A stretch of 64,000 bases of DNA, from contig OX597823.1 of assembly GCA_951406725.2 (NCBI GenBank), positions 109,244,001-109,308,000 on the forward strand. Direction: 5' to 3'. Each line of letters opens with the position of its first letter. Within the stretch, counting starts at the first letter, position 1. The position numbers and the translations under genes are program-made. The DNA comes from Octopus vulgaris. Taxonomy: Eukaryota. This document shows, in pieces, positions 14,850 through 27,045 of this stretch. Under the pieces are notes generated by a model. It worked only from the letters and a program-made list of their open reading frames with translations, ran no database searches and was not told the DNA's origin.

Positions 14850-14953
14850 GTCTGTATGTATACTGTGGACCAGTATATTACTGGTTGTGTCATACATCTG
14901 ATCAGTACGTTACCCTCGGTTTCGTACCGACCATCGTATTTGGCAATATTGTA

Positions 14954-16235
14954 AGAGGTGTTCGTAAATGATCTTTTCAGTCCCCCACAATTTATTGCTT
15001 TTATTAAACTTGAGATACTTCAATCAACTTCTTTATATGTCGAAGATATACTATTACAGTTTTAATTTATGTTCTTTGTTTTAATACTTATATCACTTTA
15101 GATTGTATTTAAAGCTGTGTATTATTTTTCTTGACTTTGAATGTGAATAACAGTTCCCAAGAGAAAGCAGAACGTGTATCCTGGTTCATAGAGACGCTAT
15201 CAGGCATTCAGGTCCAACAGAATTACGAACGTATGGAAGGTAACTACCAACAGCATCCTTTCCTAGCATAAAATGTATATGGAAACAGGAAGCAGGGGCT
15301 GGGGCCACCGAGTATGGCTGTGGAAGATGTACAAATTCAACGACTCTTTCGTCGTAGCTCGATTAGGTCCATTCGTATTGCAACTAATCAGTTAAGTTCA
15401 GTGCAGTCAATAATTTATAAAGTTTTGCACAAGAACTTTATGCTTTATGCTTGAAAATGCAACTCTTGCAAGTACGACAACCAAATGACACATCCCGAAG
15501 TACAGTGGAGATAAAGATGAAAGCTTCTTCTATCGGAAATTTTGTTTCGGCGATAAAGCAACATTTCATGTCTCAATAATGATAAATAAGCACATCAAGA
15601 TTTGGGATTCAGAAAACTCACACGAAACAAGAGAACTGGACAAAAACAGTCCAAAAGTCAATGTTCGGTGTGGCCTCGTGTTTGGGGCAATGATTGGTCC
15701 ATAGAAGAATCGATTATTTCCAACAGTTTCCTTGATCTTTTACAAGAATTTATCGTAGTGCAGCTGCATCACTTACACCCAACATTTATTTTCCAACATG
15801 ATACTGCACCGCCCATAAGGGGTTGAATGTTCGACACTTTCTTAATACAACTTTTGCAAACCGTTGGATTGGAAGCAGCGGTTCAGTTTTCTGGCCACAA
15901 TGGTCAGCTGATATAAGTCCCCTAGACTGCTTCTGGAGTTATATTAAAGACAAAATCTATCGTACAAAAGTTCAAGCCCTCAATGATTTAAAGGGGAAAA
16001 TACGCTAAGCCATATCCAACACTGATGAGAGGATGCTCTAATGCACATGGTTAGAAACAACGTCTAGATGTGTTGTGCTCAACCAATGAAGACAATGCGG
16101 AAGTGTTCTGATGTTTCTAATAAAACTATCTTTTTGCTCGTGTTTCCCAATAAACACTGCCGAGTTATCCGTTTTTGTCATTAATCATTTTCTTCTTCAT
16201 CTAAAAAATTGTGAATGTAATTTATGGACACCCCG
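14954..16235 (+). mobile_element. Near full-length decayed Tc1/mariner-superfamily transposon (DUF4817 HTH + DDD transposase pseudogene)
   Basis: Peptides SQEKAERVSWFIET, FCFGDKATFHVS, PKVNVRCGL, FIFQHDTAPP, NRWIG..WPQWSADISPLDCFWSYIKDKIY. Degenerate TIRs (ta)agaggtgttcgtaaatga / taatttatggacaccccg(ta) with TA TSD. Confidence 0.85.
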
Positions 16236-16308
16236 TATACATGTGTGTGCGCATGCGTTTGTGTGTGTCTCTGTGAGTTTGTACATACACTTGCATATAT
16301 ATATATAT

Positions 16309-16365
<57 letters not shown>

Positions 16366-16427
16366 TATGTATATATATAAATATATATATGTATATATAT
16401 TTATATAGGTATATATATATATGTATA

Positions 16428-16477
<50 letters not shown>

Positions 16478-16493
16478 CATATATATACATATA

Positions 16494-16889
16494 GGCGCAG
16501 GAGTGGCTGTGTGGTAAGTAGCTTGCTAATCAACCACATAGTTCCCGGTTCAGTCCCACTGCGTGGCATCTTGAGCAAGTGTCTTCTGCTATAGCCCAGG
16601 GCCAACCAATGCCTTGTGAGTGGATTTGGTAGACGGAAACTGAGAGAAGCCTGTCGGATATATGTATATATATGTATGTGTGTGCATGTGTTTGTGTGTC
16701 TGTGTTTCTTCCCCTAGCATTGCTTGACAACCGATGCTGGTGTGTTTACGTCCCCGACACTTAACGGTTCGGCAAAAGAGACCGATAGAATAAGTACTTG
16801 GCTTACAAAGAATAAGTCCCGGGGTCGATTTGCTCGACTAAAGGCGGTGCTCCAACATGGCCGCAGTCAAATGACTGAAACAAGTAAAA

Positions 16890-16890
<1 letters not shown>
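16494..16890 (+). mobile_element. tRNA-derived SINE (same family as 938-1351)
   Basis: ggcgcaggagtggctgtgtggtaagtagc...ggttcagtccc...gactgaaacaagtaaaag, inserted in (TA)n. Confidence 0.9.
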
Positions 16891-16922
<32 letters not shown>

Positions 16923-18040
16923 TGCACATATATGTTTGTATTTGTATACGTTATAATATGAAATAACTAACTTGAATGTAAAATAACAGATGTAGGTATA
17001 GACTTAATTATGTTGATACAACCCCCACAAAATGTAGTATATAATTGATCCGAGATTTATATCAATACTGTTGCAGAAAGCCGATGAAACATTCTGAAAG
17101 TACCTATTTCAATCTGAAAGAACCACCAGCTATATGCAGATCAGTTTATGCCAAAATTAGTGCAAAGTGGTTTACTCTGTGGAATCACCGATACGCACGG
17201 GCTGTGATATTTTAATTTTTAAAACTTTTTTCGCGAACGATCACGACCACGTCTTTGAAAGGAAAATATATTTTATAGCGAAATTAGAAAAGATAAAAAG
17301 CTGTCTAGCGTCTGCGAACGCGTTAGATATTGAGCGTAGTGGCATGATATATTGAAGACTCTAGGAAAAGATGGGATATAAATGTACGCTATATAAAATA
17401 TAATTTTCAAAAAATATGTTAAAGCAGTGACATGCACTATACCGAAGTTAATAGTCTGCATATTAATAGTTTCTAAAATAATATATTGCCTCTTAGTCAA
17501 TAGAAAAGCAGAAGAGATATCTTATGTTTATATCAGCGAAACAGTCGATTGCCTAGATCCATCATTTACGTTTCTACGCGAATATAGAGTGATCTTTAGA
17601 GTAAAGTGCTGCTGGCATGTGCTGCGGCATTTCAATACAAGTGAAAGCAGCCTTGATTGGTGCCGAGAGTACGGTTGTAGTTTAAAGAGTTTACCCTTAG
17701 ATTTTTATAATTTCATCGTTGATTATTTGTTTGTAACTGGAAAATTCTTCCTAATCATTAACTCAGCATAGTATCAGGTTACGCGTAATGGTTCCATCAT
17801 TAACATTTTGGCTACACGCAGACACAAACAACCATGAAATATATATGCATATATATATGATACACACACACACACACACACATATACACAATTATATATA
17901 TATGTATATATATATTCAAAAAGATTGCTGAGAGAGAAAGGAGAAGAAGGAGAAACAGACTAACACATTCATAATATATATATTACGTACATATTCGGTG
18001 TACATATATAGATACATACAGACACACATGTATATGTATG

Positions 18041-18082
<42 letters not shown>

Positions 18083-18140
18083 TATATACATATATTCATA
18101 TATGTCTATGTGTGTATGAGTGTGTGTGTCTATAAATATA

Positions 18141-18179
<39 letters not shown>

Positions 18180-18353
18180 CATACATATGATGAATCTCAC
18201 TTTTCTAATTTGGCAATTAAATATAAGAATGGAAGTAGTTATTGGCAAACGACGGTAACCAATTCTTGGCAAAAATTAAGATAAATATTTTGGCTACAAT
18301 GATGATTTGTTGAAAGACGTCTACAACACACCTATTACACCTTTATGGACCCA

Positions 18354-18420
<67 letters not shown>

Positions 18421-18659
18421 GAACTATTGCTAACACTTTTTTGTTATAAATATTTTTATTATTGGCATTATTTTTATAATATATGTGTGGTGGTAACTTT
18501 TGAAATTAAAGATGACATATGTGTATTTGTATGTATTAATGTATGTGTGTGTGTGTGTGTGTGTGTGCATGTGTATATCTATATCTATCTATCTATCTCT
18601 CTCTCTATATATATATACATGCAAACACAGTCACACGCACATACACACATATATATAAT

Positions 18660-18766
<107 letters not shown>

Positions 18767-18941
18767 CAAGAAGAGACAAACATAAATTCTATCCAAAATC
18801 AATAAAGTAGAATTAATTAATTCGTCTTGTGTAGTTTTGTAAGTTTTTTGTTTTATATTTTTACCTATTTTTGTGTCTTTTCATATCTCATTTTTGTATT
18901 CTGTTTTGTTTTCCTCTTTTACCTATTTAACGTTGTGTATG

Positions 18942-19018
18942 AACGTCTGACTAGAATGTAATCGTGTATACTATATCTCATCAGAATTGACGTAGTTACA
19001 GTGCCAAAACTTCACGAT
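18942..19018 (+). ncRNA. Highly decayed hammerhead-like motif
   Basis: aacgt-CTGACTA-g..tgtaatcgt...acgtagttaca..c-CAAAACTTC-acgat: remnants of stems I and II, with a mutated core. Confidence 0.3.
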
Positions 19019-19599
19019 TGATTCAATATCACAATACACTACTTGCTCCAAATCTAAACTTCGTTGATTTTTCTTGCTGCGGCTGAACCCAGATCAGTTT
19101 CCTAAAGTCTTGTTTTTTAGATATTGGTCTTGATATTTATAACAAATTAATTCTCTTTCGGGAATACTAATGGTAAATGATAAACAATGTTTCATTCGGG
19201 GCAATGACGTCTTTATATCTAAGAATGAAATGGTCTATGAACCCACTTAATTCTATGGCTACACACACACACACACACGTGCGCGCGCGCACATACACAC
19301 TCTCTCTCTCTCACTTACTCCCAATTCCTCATCCACTTTTACTATCCTATATCTCTCTCCATACCTACAAACTCAATAATACTATAAAAAGAGACAAATC
19401 TGAAAAAATTCAATCTGACGAATCTGCTAGCGTGGATGCAAGCACTTATAAAGGATTTATAAAAGCATGTTGCATATTAATAAAAGTCTGTATATATAAA
19501 ACCATCCAGATTTTTGAGTACCTTATTTCTTTTAATATATAATACCTGTACATCATCTCCAAACCTAATATATATATATATATTTATACACATCTACAT

Positions 19600-19902
19600 A
19601 ACAGCCTAGTAACAACTCTACCTGTGAATATATAAACTGTGGGTATTGGAGCATGACTACCTTCTACGTATATTTCGTATGTTGATTCTTGTATGAATTC
19701 TTGTGAATGCATTTAGAAGTTATGGGTTTCATATAGTAGGAGGGGAAGAGCTCTGTTGTTCAGTATCTTACCAAAGTTCAGTATTAAGGACAGGGAGTGA
19801 ATTGTTAGGGTTCCTAGTGGAGTAATCTATATTTACCTTAATACTTTGGTGGATAGAATTATCTACGGGCTGCATGCTCTCCATTATGCTCTTCTCGGTT
19901 TC
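19600..19902 (-). pseudogene. Penelope-like element RT C-terminal/thumb fragment
   Basis: Minus strand translates EKSIMESMQPVDNSIHQSIKVNIDYSTRNPNNSLPVLNTELW and then YYMKPITSKCIHKNS, resembling the PLE RT pattern NSIHPSIQVTIDYPS..LPILD..YxKP. Confidence 0.7.
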
Positions 19903-20194
19903 TGCATTACAGTTATTAGACTACAGCTACAGTTCAGTTACAGTACATAACATTACATTACATTTTATATGTATATATATGTATATACATACCTCCACCT
20001 AGTACATTAAATACACACACACATATATATGTCATAAAAATTTAAAATGTCCGTGAGACGTGAAATAAATCGGCATTGAATTTGGGCCTCGAGAGAGGTA
20101 ACACTATAAATGATAGCATGAAAAAAATGGACTTGAAAAAATCTAGATGGAAAACGTTAGATGCTACCCGCGGTACTCAAACCCATATCTTTTT

Positions 20195-20252
<58 letters not shown>

Positions 20253-20443
20253 ATATAGTAGTTGAATTATCTTAGTATGGATAATTCGGTTAACCGATAC
20301 CTGGGTAGCAAATTCACGTCAGAAAAACACGGTTGAAGCTACATGCCAAAGGCAGAGATCATGTGCTTTCGTGTGGAAATTTGTGTGTTTTTTTAATACA
20401 AATAAATGAAAGAATGGAGTTGAACGACGATTTAACAAAATTC

Positions 20444-20537
20444 CTTTATTCTCGACATATGCTTCGAAGGCTGCATATTCCTAATTTCGAAGGAATAAGG
20501 GGTGCATTATGCCGCCTTCTCATCAGGTGAGACAAGG
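20444..20537 (-). ncRNA. Hammerhead ribozyme, left-arm copy (weakened stem I)
   Basis: CTGATGA-gaaggcggcata...tatgcagccttc-GAAG-catatg-TC-gagaataaag. A15.1 is G here, and the 5' side of stem I is altered. Confidence 0.55.
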
Positions 20538-20672
20538 AACTTATGTCAGCATCAAGATGAACAAAAACACTTAGATGACTGCCCACACGGAGCCCATAGC
20601 GATAAATGTTCTATGGGCTCCGTGTGGGCAGTCATCTAAGAGTTTTTGTTCATCTTGATGCTGATATAAGTT

Positions 20673-20766
20673 CTTTGTTTTTCCTGATGAGAAGGCGGCA
20701 TAATGCACCCCTTATTCCTTCGAAATTAGGAATATGCAGCCTTCGAAACATATGTCGAGAATAAAG
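20673..20766 (+). ncRNA. Type I hammerhead ribozyme, right-arm copy
   Basis: ttttc-CTGATGA(20684-20690)-gaaggcggcata...tatgcagccttc-GAAA-catatg-TC-gagaa. Palindromic stem III ACATATGT, predicted cleavage after C20756, followed by AATAAA. Confidence 0.8.
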
Positions 20767-20802
20767 GAATTTTGTTAAATCATCGTTCAACTCCATTCTT
20801 TC

Positions 20803-20893
<91 letters not shown>

Positions 20894-21044
20894 AATTAAG
20901 GACTGAACACGAAAAGTGGACAGTCAACATGCTAGATATAGACGTCAAATCGCCATTCTCCACAAAAAGTCTATGTTCTCAGATCAAACTCAACACAAAA
21001 CCAAAGCAATAAACAAGTGAAAAATATACGAAATAAATATTTAC

Positions 21045-21110
21045 CCATGTACTAAATTTAGTTTCGGTTGTTATTTTCCGCAAGGAAAAGTGCAACCATC
21101 ATCAGCATGG
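21045..21110 (-). ncRNA. Minimal type I hammerhead ribozyme
   Basis: ccatg-CTGATGA-t-ggttg...caacc-GAAA-ctaaatttag-TA-catgg: perfect 5-bp stems I and II, palindromic stem III ACTAAATTTAGT, GUA site. Confidence 0.88.
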
Positions 21111-21207
21111 TCCCATATAAATATTTTAATCTTCGGATTCTTTCTTTAATATGCTAGACCACTGGTTCTAATTGATAAATATCAATTTTTACCCTAAATT
21201 TAATTTT

Positions 21208-21250
<43 letters not shown>

Positions 21251-21612
21251 GGCGTAGGAGTGGCTGTGTGGTAAGTAGCGTGCTTACCAACCACACATGG
21301 TTCCGGGTTCAGTCCCACTTGGGCAAGTGTCTTCTACTAAAGCCTCGGGTCGACCAAAGCCTTGTGAGTGGATTTGGTAGACAGAAACTGAAAGGAAGTC
21401 CGTCGTATATATGTATATATGAGTGTGTGTGTTTGTATATGTTTGTGTTTCTGTGCTTGTCTCCCCAACATCGCTTGACAACCGATGCTGGTGTGTTTAC
21501 ATCCCCGTAACTTAGCGGTTCGGCAAAAGAGACCGATAGAATAAGTACTAGGCTTCCAAAGCATGGCCACAGTCAAAGTGACTGAATCAAGTAAGAGAGT
21601 AAAGACTAAAGA
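21251..21612 (+). mobile_element. tRNA-derived SINE (family of 16494) with internal deletions
   Basis: Aligns by eye to 16494-16890 but lacks gcgtggcatc and a ~45-bp 3' block. Confidence 0.88.
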
Positions 21613-21673
<61 letters not shown>

Positions 21674-22445
21674 CATGAGTGTGTGTATGTGTTTGTCTTT
21701 ATATGCGTATACGGACACTTGCAACCATGGTCATATACATGTATATGTATACATGTGCGTGGGAGTAAGCATATATGAGTACGTTTGCACTTATGCTAGT
21801 GGTGAGTTTATATAAGGAGTAAGAAAATTATGTCTACTTACTTCCGCAATCTGTATTGAGTTCATTTTTGTCTTCTCGAATGAAAAGACTTAAGATACAC
21901 ACACATACATATATACTCATACACTCACATTTACATACACTTTATCACACACAGGTCCAGCACATGCATACACACACATACACTTAAGCACGAACACATG
22001 TAATCGCACACCAAATAGGGTAAAAATAAGAAACGAAAATCAAAGTCACAACACCTACTACAATATTACACACGGCCATCCATGCGACTGACAACAGCAA
22101 TAAGATATTCATACATATATATATATAGACAGCATTGACATTTAAAGGACAACAAGCAGAATGAGCAACTAAAAAGGATAGAGCAGAATATATATTTGTG
22201 CTCTGTGTAGAAATGCTGTTCAGAAGGTTTTTAATGAAAGTTTAAAGCAAAAGATATCAATGTTAGTGCCAATTCAACTATATAATTTTCATATAGGTTA
22301 CAGCTATATTTTACCATCTACTACTATCTAGGACAACGTATCCACAAACATACGTACACACATACACACGTTCAAAAATACATACATATATAATTATACA
22401 CAAACACACACACATACACACATACACACACACAAACACACACAA

Positions 22446-22476
<31 letters not shown>

Positions 22477-23009
22477 ATATTACCATTTCTTCAAACTAGT
22501 TTTCACATCCTTGTGGAAGTCGTTTGTACGAACGTGTAGTTTGTACAAGTACATAGTGTACAGACAGTCATACACACACAACATAGATATATACATATGC
22601 ATACCTATGAATATATATATATATATAGGCACATATAAATATATATAATTATATCTTTGCATATATATATATATATAGTCGTGCATACATAGGCTTAAGT
22701 AGTTGGAATCGAATATGATTTTTAGCGTTTGTATTACTGAGAAGTTAGGAGACAAGGTTTGCTTCAGTGTATCATGTACAATGAAGTGAGCGTTCTCTGT
22801 GGTTGCGAGTGTATGTGTGAAGTGTGTGTATGAGTGCTTGAGTCTTTCTGTGCGTATGTGTTTCAGCGTGTGTTGGTGCTTTATATATGTTAGCATGTGT
22901 ATTTTCTATTGTTCTGGACAGAAGTATACTTAGCAATTCATGAAATGGTATTATAGAAAGAGACAGAGAATGAATTGGGAAACAGGGGGTAAACGTATAC
23001 ATACATACA

Positions 23010-23068
<59 letters not shown>

Positions 23069-23330
23069 GCATACACACACACACATATATATACATATAT
23101 GAATATATATATGTACGTATGTACGTATATGTAAAATCCAGAAAAGACACAAAATGAAACAAAAAAATACATTATTTATATTTAATATAATGTAATAATA
23201 TACAATCTTATATATATGTGTGTATGTGTGTGAGTGTAGATATATACGAATATATTTATATACATGCATACAAATATATATGTATATATATATGTATGTA
23301 TGTAAATATATATATATATATACATACATA

Positions 23331-23437
<107 letters not shown>

Positions 23438-23835
23438 CCATAAGTAGTATTGTGCATTGAGGTAAGGGAAATAAGGAGAAGAGAAATATATACAAAAAAA
23501 TACACCTATAAAAGCAAACATAAAACAAATAAAAATCCTAAGTAATATTTCTGTAAATATATTCCTTGCAAATCTTCTGAAAGGAACTCTTCAAAGAAAA
23601 GCTCAGAAAGTTCACTTGGAGATGAAAACCAAAACTAGTCTACTTGAGTGAAGACAATAATGCGTCCTTTAAAGGCAAATGTTTAATTCGATGAAAGACA
23701 CAAGCAATTTCAGCTCTTCAAATTGGATAAAAAAAAAGGAAACCACACGGGCGTATTTCTGTGTATTTGTATTTCTATTTGTGTATGCATATATATATCT
23801 ATCTATATATATATAAATATACACACATATAGATA

Positions 23836-23874
<39 letters not shown>

Positions 23875-23903
23875 AAATACACACATATATACATATATAC
23901 ATA

Positions 23904-23953
<50 letters not shown>

Positions 23954-24087
23954 CACATATATATATATATGTAAATATATGTATGTGGGTGTATTTACAT
24001 ATATATATATATTTTGAGAGTGTTAACTTAAGATAGAAATCTATATGTATGTATGTGACCATATAAATATATATTTATATTTATATT

Positions 24088-24133
<46 letters not shown>

Positions 24134-24822
24134 GAGAGTGAGAGAGACAGAGAGAGAGAGAGAGAAAGAGAGAAGGAAAGTGAGAGAGCTGGAAGGGAAT
24201 GTATATGAATATCCTTATATATATATATATATATATATATCTAAACACATACACTTATATGCACATGCATGAATGCATGCTTACACAAATGCCTACAGCC
24301 ATGTATATGTGTATATATATTTGTGTATATCTATATTGACATGCAAACATTAATATCTATACATGTACGAGTGCCTACACACAATTTTACACCTTAATTC
24401 GGAACTTAATCATGTGTGACAATTGAACATATTTTGATTTTAACACTAAGCAAATAAATCGTTTGACGTATTTATCTTTCCTTACAAATCGAACAGGTTA
24501 TTTGTGTTTGGTGCCGTTTTCAAGCTTTTTTATCTTTTAGTATACTATATGTCGTACATATATATATATGCATTCATAGATCTTATTATTTTACATACTA
24601 TATTTTGGGCGACACATTGGGTACATAGTCACACAAACCCATACATATAGAGACACTCAAACATACACACACAAGGAGACAGGTATACACACACACACAC
24701 ACACACATATATACAAATACACAAACACGAACACATGGATATGCAGAATACATACATACAGACTTACACATACGCATACACATTGGACACACATTTTGCA
24801 TACTATATTCTATTGGGCATAA

Positions 24823-26000
24823 GGCGGCGGGCTGGCAGAAACTTTAGCACGCTTAGCGGTATTTCGACAATCTAAGGCGACGAGCCGGGCAGACAAGTTA
24901 GTACACCCGGCAAAATGCTTAGCGGTATTTCGTCTGCCGCTACGTTCTGAGTTCAAATTCCGCCGAGGTCGACTTTGCCTTTCATCCTTTCGGGATCGAT
25001 TAAATAAGTACCAGTTACGCACTGGGGTGGATATAATGGACTTAATTCGTTTGTCTGTCTTTGTTTGTCCTCTCTGTGTTTATCTCCTTGTGGGTAGTAA
25101 AGAAATAGGTATTTCGTCTGCCGCTACGTTCTGAGTTCAAATTCCGCCGAGGTCGACTTTGCCTTTCATCCTTCCGGGATCGATTAAATAAGTACCAGTT
25201 ACGCACTGGGGTGGATATAATGGACTTAATTCGTTTGTCTGTCTTTGTTTGTCCTCTCTGTGTTTATCTCCTTGTGGGTAGTAAAGAAATAGGTATTTCG
25301 TCTGCCGCTACGTTCTGAGTTCAAATTCCGCCGAGGTTGACTTTGCCTTTCATCCTTTCGGGATCGATTAAATAAGTACCAGTTACGCACTGGGGTGGAT
25401 ATAATGGACTTAATTCGTTTGTCAGTCTTTGTTTGTCCTCTCTGTGTTTATCTCCTTGTGAGTAGTAAAGAAATAGGTATTTCGTCTGCCGCTACGTTCT
25501 GAGTTCAAATTCCGCCGAGGTCGACTTTGCCTTTCATCCTTTCGGGATCGATTAAATAAGTACCAGTTACGCACTGGGGTGGATATAATGGACTTAATTC
25601 GTTTGTTTGTCTTTGTTTGTCCTCTCTGTGTTTATCTCCTTGTGGGTAGTAAAGAAATAGGTATTTCGTCTGCCGCTACGTTCTGAGTTCAAATTCCGCC
25701 GAGGTCGACTTTGCCTTTCATCCTTTCGGGATCGATTAAATAAGTACCAGTTACGCACTGGGGTGGATATAATGGACTTAATTCGTTTGTCTGTCTTTGT
25801 TTGTCCTCTCTGTGTTTAGCCCCTTGTGGGTAGTAAAGAAATAGGTATTTCGACTATTTTTTCGTTCTGAGTTCAAATTCCGCCGAGGTCGACTTTACCT
25901 TTCAGACTTTCGGATTCGATAAATTAAGATCCAGTTGTGTAGATCTAATCGTCTGGTCATCTGCCCCAAAATTTTGGACCTTATGCTCAGAGTAGAAAAT
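24823..26000 (+). mobile_element. tRNA-derived SINE with Deu/Nin-like domain, internally amplified as a 5 x 184-bp tandem array
   Basis: Head ggcggcgggctggcagaa. Units start with ggtatttcg at 24924, 25108, 25292, 25476 and 25660, and a terminal unit starts at 25844. Degenerate TSD tatattctattgggca / tatatttaattgggca. Confidence 0.92.
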
Positions 26001-26365
26001 ATATTTAATTGGGCACATATTTTGTATTCATTCTGTTGGGTACCTACTTCGACTGTCGTTTGGTGTTATGCTTTTATCCTCTTGTTTTTCTTTCAGTTTA
26101 ATTTTGATCGTAATTTCCTCCCATCATTTTTACTGTAATTCCTTTGATAACTTTTAATTTTTATGTCCTTTGAAGACCTTGTAATGGATGTCAGATTTAT
26201 TGGTGTAGACTTAATAGAAATGTTAACGATACATGACTGTAGGTTGTAGAGATAATTGTAGAGGACACGATGGATTGTAAGCGGGAAACGAGTATGAAAA
26301 ATAACAAAACACCAGAATAATATCAACAAGAATAATGTAATTAACAAGAGCAACGCAATTAAAAC

Positions 26366-26625
26366 AGCTGTGGCTCGGGAGTATGAGTTTTACATCCTAA
26401 TCGTATGGTTCCGGATTCAGTTCCACTTTTTGACACCTGGGGTAAGGGCCTTACACCATAGCTCAGAGTTGGCCAAAGCCGTGTGTGTGTATGTGTGTGT
26501 GGTGGCGGTGCTTGTCCTACATCACCGTTTGACAACTGGTGGTAATGTGTTTACGTCACCGATAGAATGGGTACCAGACCTGGGGAGGATATTCGTTCGA
26601 CAAAAATTCTTCAATTCCATGCTCT
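26366..26625 (+). mobile_element. Old, diverged copy of the 16494-type SINE
   Basis: ggttccggattcagttccac...ttgacaactggtggtaatgtgtttacgtc...gatagaatgggtaccag. Confidence 0.6.
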
Positions 26626-26743
26626 CATCCTAGAAAAAAAAGTGAAAGAAAAAACATAAACAATAATGAGTGAAGCAACAGGATTCATAAGAAAATAGTG
26701 TTTTTGCATACACATACTATAGATTAATGCACACACACACGCA

Positions 26744-26782
<39 letters not shown>

Positions 26783-26785
<3 letters not shown>

Positions 26786-27045
26786 GGAAGATCGTGGTTT
26801 CGATTCCCAGACCGGGCATTGTGTGTGTTTATTGAGCGAAAACAACTAAAAGCTCTACGAGGCTTTGGCAGGGGGGTGGGGGCGACCCCTGTTGTACTCT
26901 TTCGCCCCATCTTTCTCTCACTCTCTCTTTCCGCTTCTTGAGTAACGCTGCGATGGACTGGCGTCCCGTCCAGCTGGGGAGGGGGACACATACGCCACAG
27001 AAATCGGGAAACGGGCCCATGTGCCTGGCTAGGCTTGGAAGGGGC
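26783..27045 (+). mobile_element. 5'-truncated SINE sharing head and body with 370-754 but carrying a different 3' tail
   Basis: Matches about 410-549 up to ctttctctcactct, then switches to gtaacgctgcgatggactggcgtcccgtccag... Confidence 0.8.

Larger units (their letters stand above)
20402..20808. repeat. Fold-back inverted repeat (198-bp arms, 11-nt spacer) of a Penelope-like terminal repeat
   Basis: 20402-20599 is the reverse complement of 20611-20808 with 8 mismatches by my count. The right end runs into (TA)n. Confidence 0.95.

Noticed and set aside
16022-16045. Hammerhead (ctgatga-gag-gatg-ctc)
   Set aside because: It is followed by TAAT rather than GAAA and lies inside transposase coding sequence (TDERML).
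24924-25843. CRISPR-like array
   Set aside because: The units are contiguous 184-bp copies with no unique spacers, they are part of a SINE, and there are no cas genes in this eukaryotic context.
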